Of a stretch of DNA of 64,000 nt, positions 13,281 through 27,374 are shown in pieces (within the stretch, counting starts at the first letter, position 1; each line of letters opens with the position of its first letter). The position numbers were made by a program, and so were the translations under genes. The notes beneath the pieces were generated by a model. That model was not told the DNA's origin. It saw nothing but the letters and a program-made list of their open reading frames with translations, and searched no databases. The stretch is from Octopus vulgaris (taxonomy: Eukaryota). The stretch covers positions 3,162,001-3,226,000 of the forward strand of contig OX597842.1 of the NCBI GenBank assembly GCA_951406725.2, given 5' to 3'.

Positions 13281-13298
13281 CATATATATATATATATG

Positions 13299-13353
<55 letters not shown>

Positions 13354-13649
13354 ATGTTTGTATATATGTTTGTGTGTCTCTTTGCTGGTGTGTGTGCGTC
13401 CCCATAATCTAGCGGTTCGGGAAAAGAAATCGATAGAATAAGTACTAGACTTACAAAGAATAAGTGCTGGGGGATTGATTTTCTCGACTAAAGGCGGTGC
13501 TCCAGCATAGCCGCAGTCAAATGACTGAAACAAATAAAAGATTAGAAAAAAGATACCATCTATGAATATATATTATATACACATGCATTTATATAGATAT
13601 AACCAGCTGCCATGATTGACTGCTAGCTCCAAAGGTTCTTTTATTCCAT

Positions 13650-13785
13650 TTCTGATTATTTCATCGTGTATTCCCTCCTATTGAAAAGTGTAGGCTCGAA
13701 ACATAAAAGACTTTCTCATCTTCACGAGCGTTAAACTAATACATTTGTTTTTGTTTATACACCTGTCTTCGTCTTTTATTTTTCT
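13650..13785 (+). mobile_element. Family J repeat carrying a variant hammerhead (Penelope pseudo-LTR-like)
   Basis: taggctcgaaa..aaaagac..actaataca..acacctgtcttcgtcttt shared with 31786-31960 and 51400-51620. Confidence 0.6.
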
Positions 13786-13957
13786 CTCTCTATATATATA
13801 TATATATATGTATATATAAAGTGAGATAGGGGTTGTGAGTGTAACCCACCATGGGATATCATTTATCCAATATACTGCCGGTAAATTACCCAGAAAGGCT
13901 AATACATAAATGCTAAGAATTGCAATGCAATTAATTCATTTAGTAAATTCATAATAC

Positions 13958-14157
13958 AAAATAAGAAAATGGAGGAATAGATTTCTATCAATCATCAACT
14001 TACAGATAATACCAATTCATATAATTTATTAACTAATTATTTAGGAACATCCAGATCAAACACAATCTGGATGTTCCTAAATAATTAGTTAATAAATTAT
14101 ATGAATTGGTATTATCTGTAAGTTGATGATTGAAAGAAATCTATTCCTCCATTTTCT

Positions 14158-14163
<6 letters not shown>
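13958..14163. repeat. 99-bp near-perfect inverted repeat with 8-nt spacer
   Basis: 13958-14056 is the reverse complement of 14065-14163 with one mismatch; spacer caaacaca. Confidence 0.95.
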
Positions 14164-14243
<80 letters not shown>

Positions 14244-14451
14244 TACATACATATGCATTTAAAGCGGGGGCTATTCCCAGTTTCTGTTTATTCCCACTAT
14301 TCTATTCCCACTTTTCAATGTCCTGTCCTGTTTTCTGTTCAGTTCTCATCTTTGTACCCAACCCATCATTTATGTAATAGTTTATTGATAAAAATAGGTA
14401 CTACAAACAATTTTTCGATCAGTGGGTGAATAACTGGGCGGAGGGAAAATT

Positions 14452-14732
14452 AAAAAAATTTGTAGAAATTGAAAATGCCTCAGGGCTAAAATGTTGCTAT
14501 ATTTGATTACTAGAAAAATGCTAAATTTTCACTGAGATCAATCAAAGACATTTATGCCCCCTAAACTCCGAAAATGGGGGAATTAAATTTTTTTTACAAT
14601 AGCGGAGTTTAGAAGGTTTCAGGGAGTAAATGCCCTTCACTGGTCTAAGCGAAATTTCAGCATTTTTCTAGGAATGATATATAGCAAGACTTTAGGCCTC
14701 ATGCATTTTCAATTTCTACAACATTTTTTTTT
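14452..14732. mobile_element. Fold-back MITE-like element
   Basis: ttgtagaaattgaaaatgc vs gcattttcaatttctacaa; ctagaaaaatgct vs agcatttttctag; ctaaactccg vs cggagtttag. Confidence 0.7.
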
Positions 14733-14899
14733 CAATCCACTCTAACACACAAGTATGTGTGTGCTTATATATAAATTTGTGTAAAAATGCCTGAGACCTA
14801 ATATATTACTGGTATAGTGCGTGCGTATCTGTGTGTGTGTGTGTATTTATGAAAGTATATATGCAGCGTCGCATGTATATGACATCTGTATTAACGTTG

Positions 14900-15182
14900 C
14901 ATCGCATTGCCACCGCTGTTCTTGCCTTCACTGATATAAGTCACTCTCACTCTGTTACTACCTTTCCCTCCGACTAATACTTTTTGCAACCTTCTCATTT
15001 TATCATATAATTTTCCCAACGGCCTTGGTGGGGCACATTATGGATTTTTATTGAAATCCACTTAGTGTATTATTGAGAGGGATGTCAGTGTAACATGTAT
15101 GCAAAGTTTCGTGAATATTCGTTCGCTGCTTTAGGCACTAAGATGGTAACAGACAGACAGAAATTTATACGTTAAATATATA
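14900..15182 (-). mobile_element. Helitron-like non-autonomous fragment
   Basis: gcaaagtttcgtgaa..acagacagacagaaatt end; purine-rich subrepeat (cagtgaagg) shared with 7360-7500 and 38655-38770. Confidence 0.35.
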
Positions 15183-15276
15183 CAAACACACAACACACAT
15201 ATATATATATATATACATGCACACACACACACACACAAAAATGTGTACACGTCCATACACACATTCACACTCATTT

Positions 15277-15409
15277 CTCAATCATTATACTGACAGTGAT
15301 TACAAAGTTATGCGAATTCTGTAGTTAATTCAAGCAATCAACAACCATAATCATTTTAATATCAGGCACAAACCCCATTATTGAGTTCTACTTTCTGCTC
15401 TACGTATGT

Positions 15410-15448
<39 letters not shown>

Positions 15449-15605
15449 CATACACACACACACACCCTCATACACATATGCACACTGATCTCTCAATCAT
15501 TATATAGTAGTGATTTCAAAATATTGTGTATTCTGTCGCTAATTTAAACAACAGCTGTAATTATTTTAATATCATACACAAAACACCATTATTGAGTTCT
15601 ACTTT
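15277..15605. repeat. Diverged tandem duplication (about 215 bp period)
   Basis: ctcaatcattata...ttttaatatca...ccattattgagttctacttt at 15277-15393 and 15492-15605. Confidence 0.8.
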
Positions 15606-16260
15606 GAGTCAATGTTTGGCGTATTGTGGTATTTATCTCTAATTATACACACATACTTACTGATGCATGCGTGAATAATTGTGTGTATATCTGTGTATTT
15701 GTATATATACACGCAGAAGAATAAACAGGAAATGCTTATGTATATATGGACAGGTCAGAATCTTATACATATGTTTATCAAACAACAACACACTATCCAT
15801 ATATATATATATATACATACATATATAGATACATATATATATACACACATATACATATATACGCACACATATATATAAGTGTGTATGTACGTGTATGTGT
15901 ATATGTATGTGTAGGTGTGAATATGAATGTGTATATAAATATTGATAGTAACTTAACAATACGTTTATGTAAATATATTAAATTCCAGTGTAATACAAGT
16001 ACAATCACTCATGCATAAAGACACGCATACAAATATATACATACAATATATACATATATATATATATATATATTTATATATTTATATATATATAGGTATA
16101 TATGTATATGACATATATATATTTATATATACACATACATATATAATAAGCAAATTTATCTGAACACGCATAAAAGTAATTACATATATGCATATTGCAT
16201 TTATAGTGACATACATATGCACACAAATATACACACGTATACATACACACACACACACAC

Positions 16261-16310
<50 letters not shown>

Positions 16311-16526
16311 TTATACACACACATACACATATATATACACATACGCCCATCCATATATCTTTCTATATTTACATATATATATCTGTTTGTAAGATTACTT
16401 ATAAAATAATTACTTATACAAATATTTTAACTGTAAACTTTTATTCATGTATTTGCATGTAATTTTCACTGAATAAATAGCGACTATTTACTATAATGGT
16501 GTGTAAGTTTATGTATATATGTGTAT

Positions 16527-16557
<31 letters not shown>

Positions 16558-16867
16558 AATAAATGTTATTTATACATATGTAATGAATATGTACTATGGT
16601 TATATGTACGCCTGCATGAATGTATGTGAATATATTGTATAAGTTATACATTCGAATGTGTTTGCGTAAATTGTTCTGTGAGTCTTATTCAAATACTTTG
16701 CAGATGTTGGAGCCAGCATGGCTGTGTGGCAAGAAGTTTGCTCCCCTACCACGTTGTCCTGGGTTCAATTGTAGTGCATGTCACCTTGGACAAATATCTT
16801 CAACTACAACCTCGGACTAACCAAAGCCTTCTGAATTGAATTTGGAGAGGAAAACTGAAAGTCCGTC

Positions 16868-16913
<46 letters not shown>

Positions 16914-16971
16914 CGAGAGAGAGAGAGAGAGAGAGAGAGGTTATGAGAGGTAATGGTGTCACAGAAAAGTT

Positions 16972-17010
<39 letters not shown>

Positions 17011-17034
17011 TGAGTGGCAAACGAAAGAAGTTTG

Positions 17035-17290
17035 ACTGATTTCCTGTATCTCACATGGCCGATTCCTAGTTCACCATGCTATATTTTCCAGGTAATTGTT
17101 GTCACTGAAATACCAACATCACACTGTGTCACCGCATGCCCTTTCTTGACCAATCGCTGCCCATCTACTGGTAATAACATCTGACTTTCTCCAACTGATT
17201 TCTTTTCAGATTTCCAATGGCTGAGGGATAGTATCACACTTTGAAACTTGAAGTACCACGGAATTTGAATCAAACTATTTTGATCCACAC
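17035..17290. mobile_element. Unclassified dispersed repeat G, nested in a split SINE A (16710-16868 / 17315-17533)
   Basis: ctgaaataccaacatc..ctactggtaataacatctgactttct..gaaacttgaagtaccacggaatttgaatcaaact also at 52370-52605. Confidence 0.7.
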
Positions 17291-17976
17291 ATACATGCAT
17301 ACATATATGTGTGTGTGTGTTTTGTGTCTGTGTTTTTGTCCCCCAACACTGCTTGGCAACCAGTGTTGTCATGTTTACGTCACCTTAACTTAGTTTCGCA
17401 AAAGAAACCCAAAGAATAAAGACGAAGCTTAGAAATAAGCAACGAATGCTGGGATCGATTCATTTGGCTAAAACTTATTCAATATGGTGTCCTAGCATTG
17501 AGGTAATCTAATGACTGAAGTAAGAGATAAAATATTTTTGAAAATTGCAGGTATTTTTGCTTCCGAATTTATATATACCATTATTTTCTCCTGATATTAG
17601 AGATTAAAATACTGGTTTCCATTTTATGTACAAGACATGCGTATTTCAGGAAGGTAGGTGCAGTAGGGTGTGGGTTAATAAATACCACTGGCCCCTGTAT
17701 ATTACTGGTATTTTATCTAATCAAGCTCAAAAGGATGAAAGGTAAAGTCAAAGAACAGACCTTGATGTATTTGAACTCACAATGAAAAGGATCAGGATAA
17801 AGATTGGTTTTAAATTCTGGCACATGGCCAGCAATTTCGGGGAGAGGGTAAGTCGATTACAGAAGCCCCAGTGCTCAGCTGGTACTTATTTCATTGACCC
17901 CGAAAGGATGGAATGCAAAACCAACCTCGGTGGAATTTGAACTCAGAATGTAAAGACAGACGAAATACCACTGAGC

Positions 17977-18050
<74 letters not shown>

Positions 18051-18054
<4 letters not shown>

Positions 18055-18213
18055 TTAAAAAATTTTTTTTAGACATTCATTAGTACAACACCCCACCAAA
18101 TATATGGCACACTAGGCATAACAACAACATGAACTTCCAACCTGTTGTCTCTTGAGGTCTCTGGGTGAGACTTGGAGACAACTTGTACAAATATAAAGCA
18201 AAAGTCAAACATA

Positions 18214-18299
<86 letters not shown>

Positions 18300-18482
18300 G
18301 CCCTGATGCAGTACCAGGCAGTGGCTCTCATGGCTTCTGATCTTAACTGATTGGAAGTGTTATCATGTACATTGTTTTGTCTTGGTATAAAAGATGGGCT
18401 ACAGCAAATATTCTGCTCAATACCACAGATTTGCTTGTCAGTTGTTTGACCTTAACCAGTTGAGCATGTCCCTTAGTGGCTG

Positions 18483-18541
<59 letters not shown>

Positions 18542-18708
18542 TAAAAAATTAAAAAATTTTTTTTAGACATTCATTAGTACAACACCCCACCAAATATATG
18601 GCACACTAGGCATAACAACAACATGAACTTCCAACCTGTTGTCTCTTGAGGTCTCTGGGTGAGACTTGGAGACAACTTGTACAAATATAAAGCAAAAGTC
18701 AAACATAG
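18051..18708 (+). mobile_element. Two identical 164-bp inserts in (TAA)n (probable R4/Dong 3' UTR) flanking a piece of element D (18297-18483)
   Basis: 18051-18214 = 18545-18708; each bounded by TAA repeats. Confidence 0.7.
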
Positions 18709-18864
<156 letters not shown>

Positions 18865-19256
18865 TTTGCCAAGATCAGTAAATATAAAGACTTGCTAATA
18901 GAAATAGAAAAAATGCAGCATCTCAAGGCGACTACAGTACCAGAGATTGTAGGACCCCTGGGAATGATAAAAAAAAGGTACCGAAACCTATTTGAAAATG
19001 ATACCAGGCTCACAATCCCTACAGGAAGTGCAAAAAATCGTGTTAACTGGAACGGCTCATGTGCTGAGAAGAGCATTATCGCTGTGAAAACAACATCCAT
19101 CCATGAATTTATTTATTTATTAATTTTTTAAATACATATTTTACCTGTGAATTTGCGTGTGTAATCTGGGAATGCATACAATAAGCTTCTCTGCCCTAGG
19201 TGTATGGAAAACACTCGGCGAGAAATGGAAGAAAATTTGAAGAAAGAACGGAAAAA
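18865..19256 (+). pseudogene. R4/Dong-type non-LTR retrotransposon 3' end (RLE C-terminus + 3' UTR), frameshifted
   Basis: KISKYKDLLIEIEKM..VGPLGMIKK / QEVQKIVLTGTAHVLRRALSL*; TAA on both sides. Confidence 0.85.
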
Positions 19257-19278
19257 TAATAATAATAATAATAATAAT

Positions 19279-19552
19279 CTCCCAGAGACTCCACGGCAGG
19301 ACCATGTACACATAACGGAAGATCTAATTATACAGGTATCAAAACTGTCAACGTGGAAAGCAGCTGGACCAGACGGAATTCAAGGTTACTGGCTCAAGTG
19401 GTTTAGGTCAACAACAAGTGAACTGAATTGCAATTAGACCAATGCCTACAGAGTGGTGCAGTTCTGTAGGTGATGATGGTGATGATGAAAATTAATGACA
19501 ATTAAGAAGAAACTACACCTCAAAAGCAATTCTGACAGACTGTATGTGCCCA

Positions 19553-19553
<1 letters not shown>
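19279..19553 (+). pseudogene. R4/Dong-type RT fragments, internally deleted
   Basis: WKAAGPDGIQGYWLKWF (start of RT) followed closely by LHLKSNSDRLYVPR (post-RT motif). Confidence 0.75.
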
Positions 19554-20178
<625 letters not shown>

Positions 20179-20182
20179 ATAC

Positions 20183-20214
<32 letters not shown>

Positions 20215-20216
<2 letters not shown>

Positions 20217-20520
20217 CACGTGATCACGTGACCGACCAGACCATCAGATGTTGTTACACATCGCTGGTTACAATGCGTTCGCATTGTTTTAGCCTTCGAA
20301 TGACGCCACCCCGCTTGCTAAGCGAGCAGGCCTACAGAAGAAAGAGTGGGAGAAAGAGTGGTGAAAGAGTACAGCAGGGATCACCACCCCCTGCCGGAGC
20401 CTCGTGGAGTTTTTAGGTGTTTTTGCTCAATAAACACACACAACGCCCGGTCTGAGAATCGAAACCGTGATCCTGCGACCGCGAGTTCGCTGCCCTAACC
20501 ACTAGGCCATTGCGCCTCCA
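20215..20520 (-). mobile_element. tRNA-derived SINE family C with CACGTG-tandem tail
   Basis: Minus: tggaggcgcaatggcctagtggttagggcagcg..tttcgattctc..; ends gtcacgtgatcacgtgat. Confidence 0.88.
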
Positions 20521-20781
20521 TATATATAATATATATAAATATATGGAACCCAGTGCCTTGCACTCATTTCTACTTCCAACATTTCCTATTACTGTCACAT
20601 TTCTCTATTTCTCATTAAGATAATTACATTAATTGGCATCACAATAATTTGTTGACACAGTCAAACACTCAAATGCACATTATAGACTTTTAATATTATA
20701 TATATACACACATATATATATCTATATGTATGTATTTTATTTATATGTATATATATGTACATGTATATGTATATGTATATA

Positions 20782-20877
<96 letters not shown>

Positions 20878-20920
20878 TGGATATATATACATATCTATAT
20901 ATACAGATGTATATATACAT

Positions 20921-20952
<32 letters not shown>

Positions 20953-21093
20953 TCATTCACATATACTCATGTTTGTGAGTGTTTATTTCCGTGTGTATAT
21001 TTGTATGTATACACATACATATATATATTTGCCAAGAAATTTCCTTGTGCATACACACATAGACATGCACGCACATGCACGCACTCATACATA

Positions 21094-21149
<56 letters not shown>

Positions 21150-21281
21150 TTAGAGCGATGCCTGATTGCAGTTTTTGGTAATTTCACGCTGATATAGAAG
21201 TAGTCACACATAATCAAGCATACACGCACATATACATCTATATACATACATTTATCTTTATGCAAAGACATATCCATATAT

Positions 21282-21343
<62 letters not shown>

Positions 21344-21561
21344 GTGTGTGTTTGTATATCTCTTTGTGTATGTAGTGTGTGTGTATATTTGAGTCAATTA
21401 GTATCGTTTGATAGACATTTTCAACGTGACACTACTCTCTCCTTTTTCAGTAATGTGCTGTTTATATGATACCAAGATTAATTGGAACTAATGCCTGCTT
21501 TATATATATACCTCTATGCACGTAAATGACCATTTATGTGTATGCCTACAAACATGCGCGC

Positions 21562-21601
<40 letters not shown>

Positions 21602-21766
21602 ATATGTATGTATATGTATATATTTATATGCGTGTGACGAGGGTTTTAGAAACGCCTTCAGTGCAAGTAATATGGGCTAAAATGTTGTAACGCTGTAGTT
21701 AAAGTACATAATTGTATACATGTATACAGGCAGTGACCATAATTATCGCAAAAGCAGTTCGAGAAT

Positions 21767-21816
21767 TCCTTAAACTGAATTCGTTTCGGCAGTTTCCGTT
21801 GCCTCATCAGTAAAGA
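21767..21816 (-). ncRNA. Type I hammerhead ribozyme with canonical core
   Basis: Minus: tcttta-CTGATGA-GGCA(acggaaac)TGCC-GAAA-C(gaattca)G-TT-taagga; stems I and II pair, short stem III, GUU cleavage triplet. Confidence 0.75.
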
Positions 21817-22059
21817 CTGGTTCTACTTCGGTAGATTTCGGACTTACTTCTACGTCGGTATATATGTTTTCATTATAGAAACCTATCAATGATTTAGTTA
21901 ATCGCTGTAGCGTATACAGAAAATTAAAATATACAGCAGTTTGCAACGTGTTACCAAAAAGGAAAACTATAACTGTCAATAAATGCAACAAAGGTGTTGG
22001 AAACAACCTAAATTGCTAGAAATAAGAGCTAAAATGCTCTAATGCTACCAGACCACATA

Positions 22060-22116
<57 letters not shown>

Positions 22117-22161
22117 GCAGTGCTTTTATTCGTTTTTCTATAAATTTCAACTATATATATG

Positions 22162-22243
<82 letters not shown>

Positions 22244-22455
22244 TCATCCCAACATCGCTTGACAACCGATGCTGCTATGTTTACGTCCCCGTTACTTAGC
22301 GGTTCGGCAAAAGAGACCGATAAAATAAGTACAAGGCTTACAAAGAATAAGTCCTGGGGTCGATTTGCTCAACAAAAGGCGGTGCTCCAGCATGCCCACA
22401 TTGAAATGACTGAAATAAAGAGTAAAAGAGTAAAGAGTGTGTGTGTGTATATATA

Positions 22456-22759
22456 TTACGTGATCACGTGACCGACCTGGCTATCAGGTGTTGCTATACA
22501 CATCGCTGGTCACAATGCGCTTTGCATTGTTTTAGCCTTCAATGACACCTCCCCGCTGGCTAAGCGAGCAGGCCAACAGAAGAAAGAGTGAGAGAAAGTT
22601 GTGGCAAAAGAGTATAGCAGGGATCGCCCCCCCCCTGTCGGAGCGTCGTGGAGCTTTAAGTGTTTTCGCTCAATAAACACTCAGAACGTCCGGTCTGGGA
22701 TCCGCACCGCGATCCTACGACTGTTAGTCCGCTGCCCTAACCACTGGGTTATTGTGCCT

Positions 22760-22761
<2 letters not shown>
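22456..22761 (-). mobile_element. SINE family C (CACGTG-tail subfamily)
   Basis: Homologous to 20215-20520. Confidence 0.85.
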
Positions 22762-22825
<64 letters not shown>

Positions 22826-23827
22826 CATGCTCTTTCTAATACTTTCCTCTGGTCATGAGTAACAGGATTGAAGATCTCAGTCGCTGATTGTAGAACTTCA
22901 CAAGGAGGACAATCACCAGGCATGTCTGCATTATCTTACCATCGGGAAGGTCAACCATGCAAGAAAGATAATGGTAAGGAACCATTTCTGATAAGATTGT
23001 GAGGTCTTGGAGAAAATCTACAGAAGTCAAGCTGAAGAAAATGCGTACATTATAGTGGTGGTGGTTGTGGTGGTGTTAATGGTGATAATGAAAATGATTG
23101 TGTGATGGTGGTGGTAGTAGTGGTTTTAATGATGATTACTATGATGGTGATAGTGGTGATGTTGCTGACGATGCTGATCGTGTTGGAGGTCATGTTAATG
23201 ATGATGACGGTGCTGATGGTGATAATGATAATACTGCTGCTGATGATGTGGTGATGGCGATGATGATGATGATGGCGATGATGATGATGGTAGTGGTAGT
23301 GATGATGGTACAGATGACAATGAAGATAATAAAGATGATGTGGGGTGGGCCTTTTGATGGTCATAATGATAACGACATCAACAACTGCCATGAAAATAAT
23401 TCTAAAGATGGCAATGACGTTTGTGATGATAGCCAAGATAGTATTGCTAACAGAGATGAAAGTAGAACTGATGATGATAATGAATATCATAATAATAATA
23501 ATAATAATGATTTTAAATTTTGGCACAAGGCCAGCAATTTTGAGTTTGGTGGTAAATCGATTGCATTAGCCCCAGTGTTCAATCGGTACTTCATTTATCG
23601 ACTCTGAAAGGAAGATAGGCAAACTTGACATCGGCAGAATTTGAACTCAGAACATAAAGATTCTGAAGAAATACCCCTGAGCATCTCATCTGATATGTTA
23701 AGGATTTTGTTAGCTTGCTACCTTAAGAACAATCATGATGATAATATTAATGAGGACTTTAAATTTTGGCTCAAGGTCAGCAAATTTGGGGCAAGGGATA
23801 AGTCGAGTACATCAAACCGAGTATTTG

Positions 23828-24271
23828 AATATTCTGCTCAATACCACAGATTTGCTTGTCAGTTGTTTGACCTTAACTAGTTGAGCATGTCCCTTAGTGA
23901 CTGACGATATGTGCATCCCTGATCATGAGCAGAAGTAGTGGGGGAGCATCATAGCCATGTGTTGAGAGGGATTCTTAGAGGTTTGGATAATTCACCTCTA
24001 GAAACATGGGTGGTTCATTCAACATCCTTAAACAGCCCTTATTCAGGGACCTTTTGAGCGGGATGGGCTACTCGACCAGAAGAAAATTCTAACTGGGCCC
24101 CACCTGCAAGGTCATGTGCTGTTTATCTTGATATGAGATCACCATGTCGCGCATATATGGTTGTGATGCATGTGCCTGGTGTACCCTTATCAGACGGGTA
24201 GTCATGATGGGTATATTGGGCGTATATTTTACCCCAGTGTCACTTTGATGCCATGCACTGCTCTTTCATTC
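23828..24271. mobile_element. Element D, partial
   Basis: Reverse complement of much of 25658-26209; ends in (AAT)n. Confidence 0.85.
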
Positions 24272-24908
24272 AATAATAATAATAATAATAATAATGATGA
24301 TGATAATAATAATAATGATGATGATGATGATGATGATGATGATGGTTCCAAATTTTAAGCTATGTGGGTGAGCCATTATTATTAAGCTTGTACTTTCTGT
24401 CATTGAACCCCGAAAGAGGGATCAAAAAGCAAACTTGATCTTGGTGAAATTTGAACTCAAAATATAAATAGTAAGAAACAAAAACCACAAACAACTTTTT
24501 ATTCCATTCTCTACCGATTTTACCATCTCAATGGCAAAATTGCAAACAATGATGATGATGATGATGAGGATGATGATGATGACGAAGATTATTATGATGC
24601 TGATGAGGATGATGTTAATGATCTTAACGATGATGGCAATCATGATGATGACAAATGACAGTTAGGTTGTTAGCTTTTTTTCTTTCTTTTTTAGTTCTTA
24701 AGTCTACTTTTAACCATCACAATCAACGATCATGCTGGAGCACCACCTCCACCACTGTCTATTTACTTTTTGCACCGTTTATATATGCTACGTGTAGATA
24801 TGTATGCGTGTTTATGAGTATGTATGTGTATATACACACACGTATATATTTTTAATACATTCATACACACACACATGCACACACATATATGAATATATAC
24901 ATATACAT

Positions 24909-24960
<52 letters not shown>

Positions 24961-25044
24961 GTGTATATTTATATATATATATACACATATATATATATAC
25001 ATACACACACATATATATATACATATATTTATATATATACATAC

Positions 25045-25151
<107 letters not shown>

Positions 25152-25152
25152 C

Positions 25153-25188
<36 letters not shown>

Positions 25189-25549
25189 TAGCTTGCAGGT
25201 CTATACTTTGGACTTATAAAACAGTTTACAACCTCTCTCACCACACCCTAACCTACCATAGTGCCACCACCACCACCACCACCACCACCGACACCACCTC
25301 AAAAAAGCAACACAACCACCAAAAATAACAACAAAAGTATAGAAAAAAAACACAGAACCAGAACACATAAAGAATCTAATCAAACTTGACAGAAAAGCGT
25401 CTAATTACCTTTCATTGCTAATTGCCACAGACGTTAAATTTTAATTAGTAAATAATGATACATATTTCCCATGATGCACTTTTGTTAGTAATATATGAAA
25501 AGAAATATGTTTAAACTAACAAAATTTGTTTTGTATTTGGTTATATTTA

Positions 25550-25612
<63 letters not shown>

Positions 25613-25657
25613 GTTGTTGTTGTTGTTGTTATTATTATTACTATTATCATTATTATT

Positions 25658-26209
25658 GAGTGAGAGTGCAGCGTATGCCATCAAAGTGACACTGGATACA
25701 AATATACGAAACCCAGTATACCCATCATGACCGCCCGTCTGATAAGGGTACACCAGGCACATGCATCACAACCATATGTGCATAACATGGTGATCTCATA
25801 TCAAGATAAACAGCACATGACCTTCCAGGTGGGGCCCAGTTAGAATTTTCTTCTTGTCGTGTAACCCAACCCGCACAAAAGGTCCCTGAATAAGGATTGT
25901 TTAAGAATGTTGAACGAAACACCCATGTTTCCAGAGGTGAATTATTCAAACCCCAAAGAATCCCTCTCAACTCATGGCTATGATGCTCCCCCACTACTTC
26001 TGCTCGTGATCAGAGATGCACATATCGTCAGCCACTAAGGGACATGCTCAACTGGTTAAGGTCAAACAACTGACAAGCAAATCTGTGGTATTGAGCAGAA
26101 TATTTGCTGTAGCCCATCTTTTATACCAAGACAAAACAATGTACATAATAACACTTCCAATCAGTTAAGATCAGAATTTATGAGAGTCACTGCATGGTAC
26201 TGCATCAGA
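25658..26209. mobile_element. Element D, about 550-bp non-coding repeat inserted in (TTA)n
   Basis: Five copies in the window; TTA repeats on both sides; no tRNA boxes or TIRs seen. Confidence 0.85.
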
Positions 26210-26390
26210 TTATTATTATTATTATTATTATTAAGGTGGTGAAATAGCAGAATTGTTAGCATGCTGGAGAAAATGTTTAGCTGCATTTCTCATGATCAAA
26301 TTCAACTGCGGTCCACTTTGCTTTTGATTCTTCTGGAATGGCTAAAATGAATTCCAGAGTAATCAACTAGTACACATATAAAATATGTGC

Positions 26391-26453
<63 letters not shown>

Positions 26454-26456
<3 letters not shown>

Positions 26457-27330
26457 CAAAAAATATGAAAATTGGGAAAATCCCTGCTCCATCTGGAATC
26501 ACGGCTGAGTTGCTCAAAATATCTGCTAACGTAGGATATGGGCCAGTCACCCGCTTGGCTAATCAGGTCATTCAGGAAGGTGTAATATCTAGTGCAGCAA
26601 CATAATTGTTAGCTGCTACAAGGATTAGGGTGAAGCTTGAGATAGACGCAGTTAGAGAAGCATCAGACCCCTGGCGCAGGTAATAGGAATTATGGACAGC
26701 TATAATCCAATTAATTAGGAGCATATTTAGGCTAGGGAGAAGCACTGCTTCCCCGGGGGTGAAGCACTACTTATTTTGGGGAGAAGCACTACCAATGCTA
26801 TTTTCATAGCCAAGCAACTGCAAGTGAAGTACTTAGCTAAGAATAAAACATTATACTTGGCATTCATTGATCTAGAGGAAACCTTCGATAAAGTACCCCC
26901 GCTGTGTGATATGGTGGGCTTTGAGGGGGCTAGGGATAGAAGAGTGACTGGTGAAAGCTGTACAGACCAAATAAAAAGACGCTGTCAGTAAGGTGAGATT
27001 TGACCACAATTACAGCAAAGAATTTGGTGAAGAGGCAGGAGTTCAACAAGGCTCAGACCTCAGTCCCCTCCTTTTCATCATTGTCCTCCGGGTCATAACA
27101 GAAGCATTTGAGACAAGCAGTTCCTACAATTACTATATACTGATGATCTTGCTCTCGTATCGGGTTCTATATCTAAGCTAGAAGCGCCCTCAAAGTAACT
27201 GGAAGAGGTGGAAGAGTGGGAGACCCAGGAAGTAGGAGACCTCAGGTGGGTGAACCTTTGAGGTGAGATGACAAAGGACCGAAATGCCTGGCGTCTTGCT
27301 GTACCCAAGAAGACCCATGCTCCATAGCAG
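26454..27330 (+). pseudogene. RTE-clade LINE reverse transcriptase, degraded
   Basis: MKIGKIPAPSGITAELLK; RSTTNAIFIAKQLQVKYL..LYLAFIDLEETFDKVP; GVQQGSDLSPLLFIIVL; LLYTDDLAL; C-terminal MTKDRNAWR. Confidence 0.85.
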
Positions 27331-27374
27331 AAGTGTTAGGGTCACTCCCCCTGATGGAGAGGTTGATTTGCCAG

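Noticed and set aside
22836-23045. Possible host exon
   Set aside because: No recognisable domain in any frame and no convincing splice-site pair
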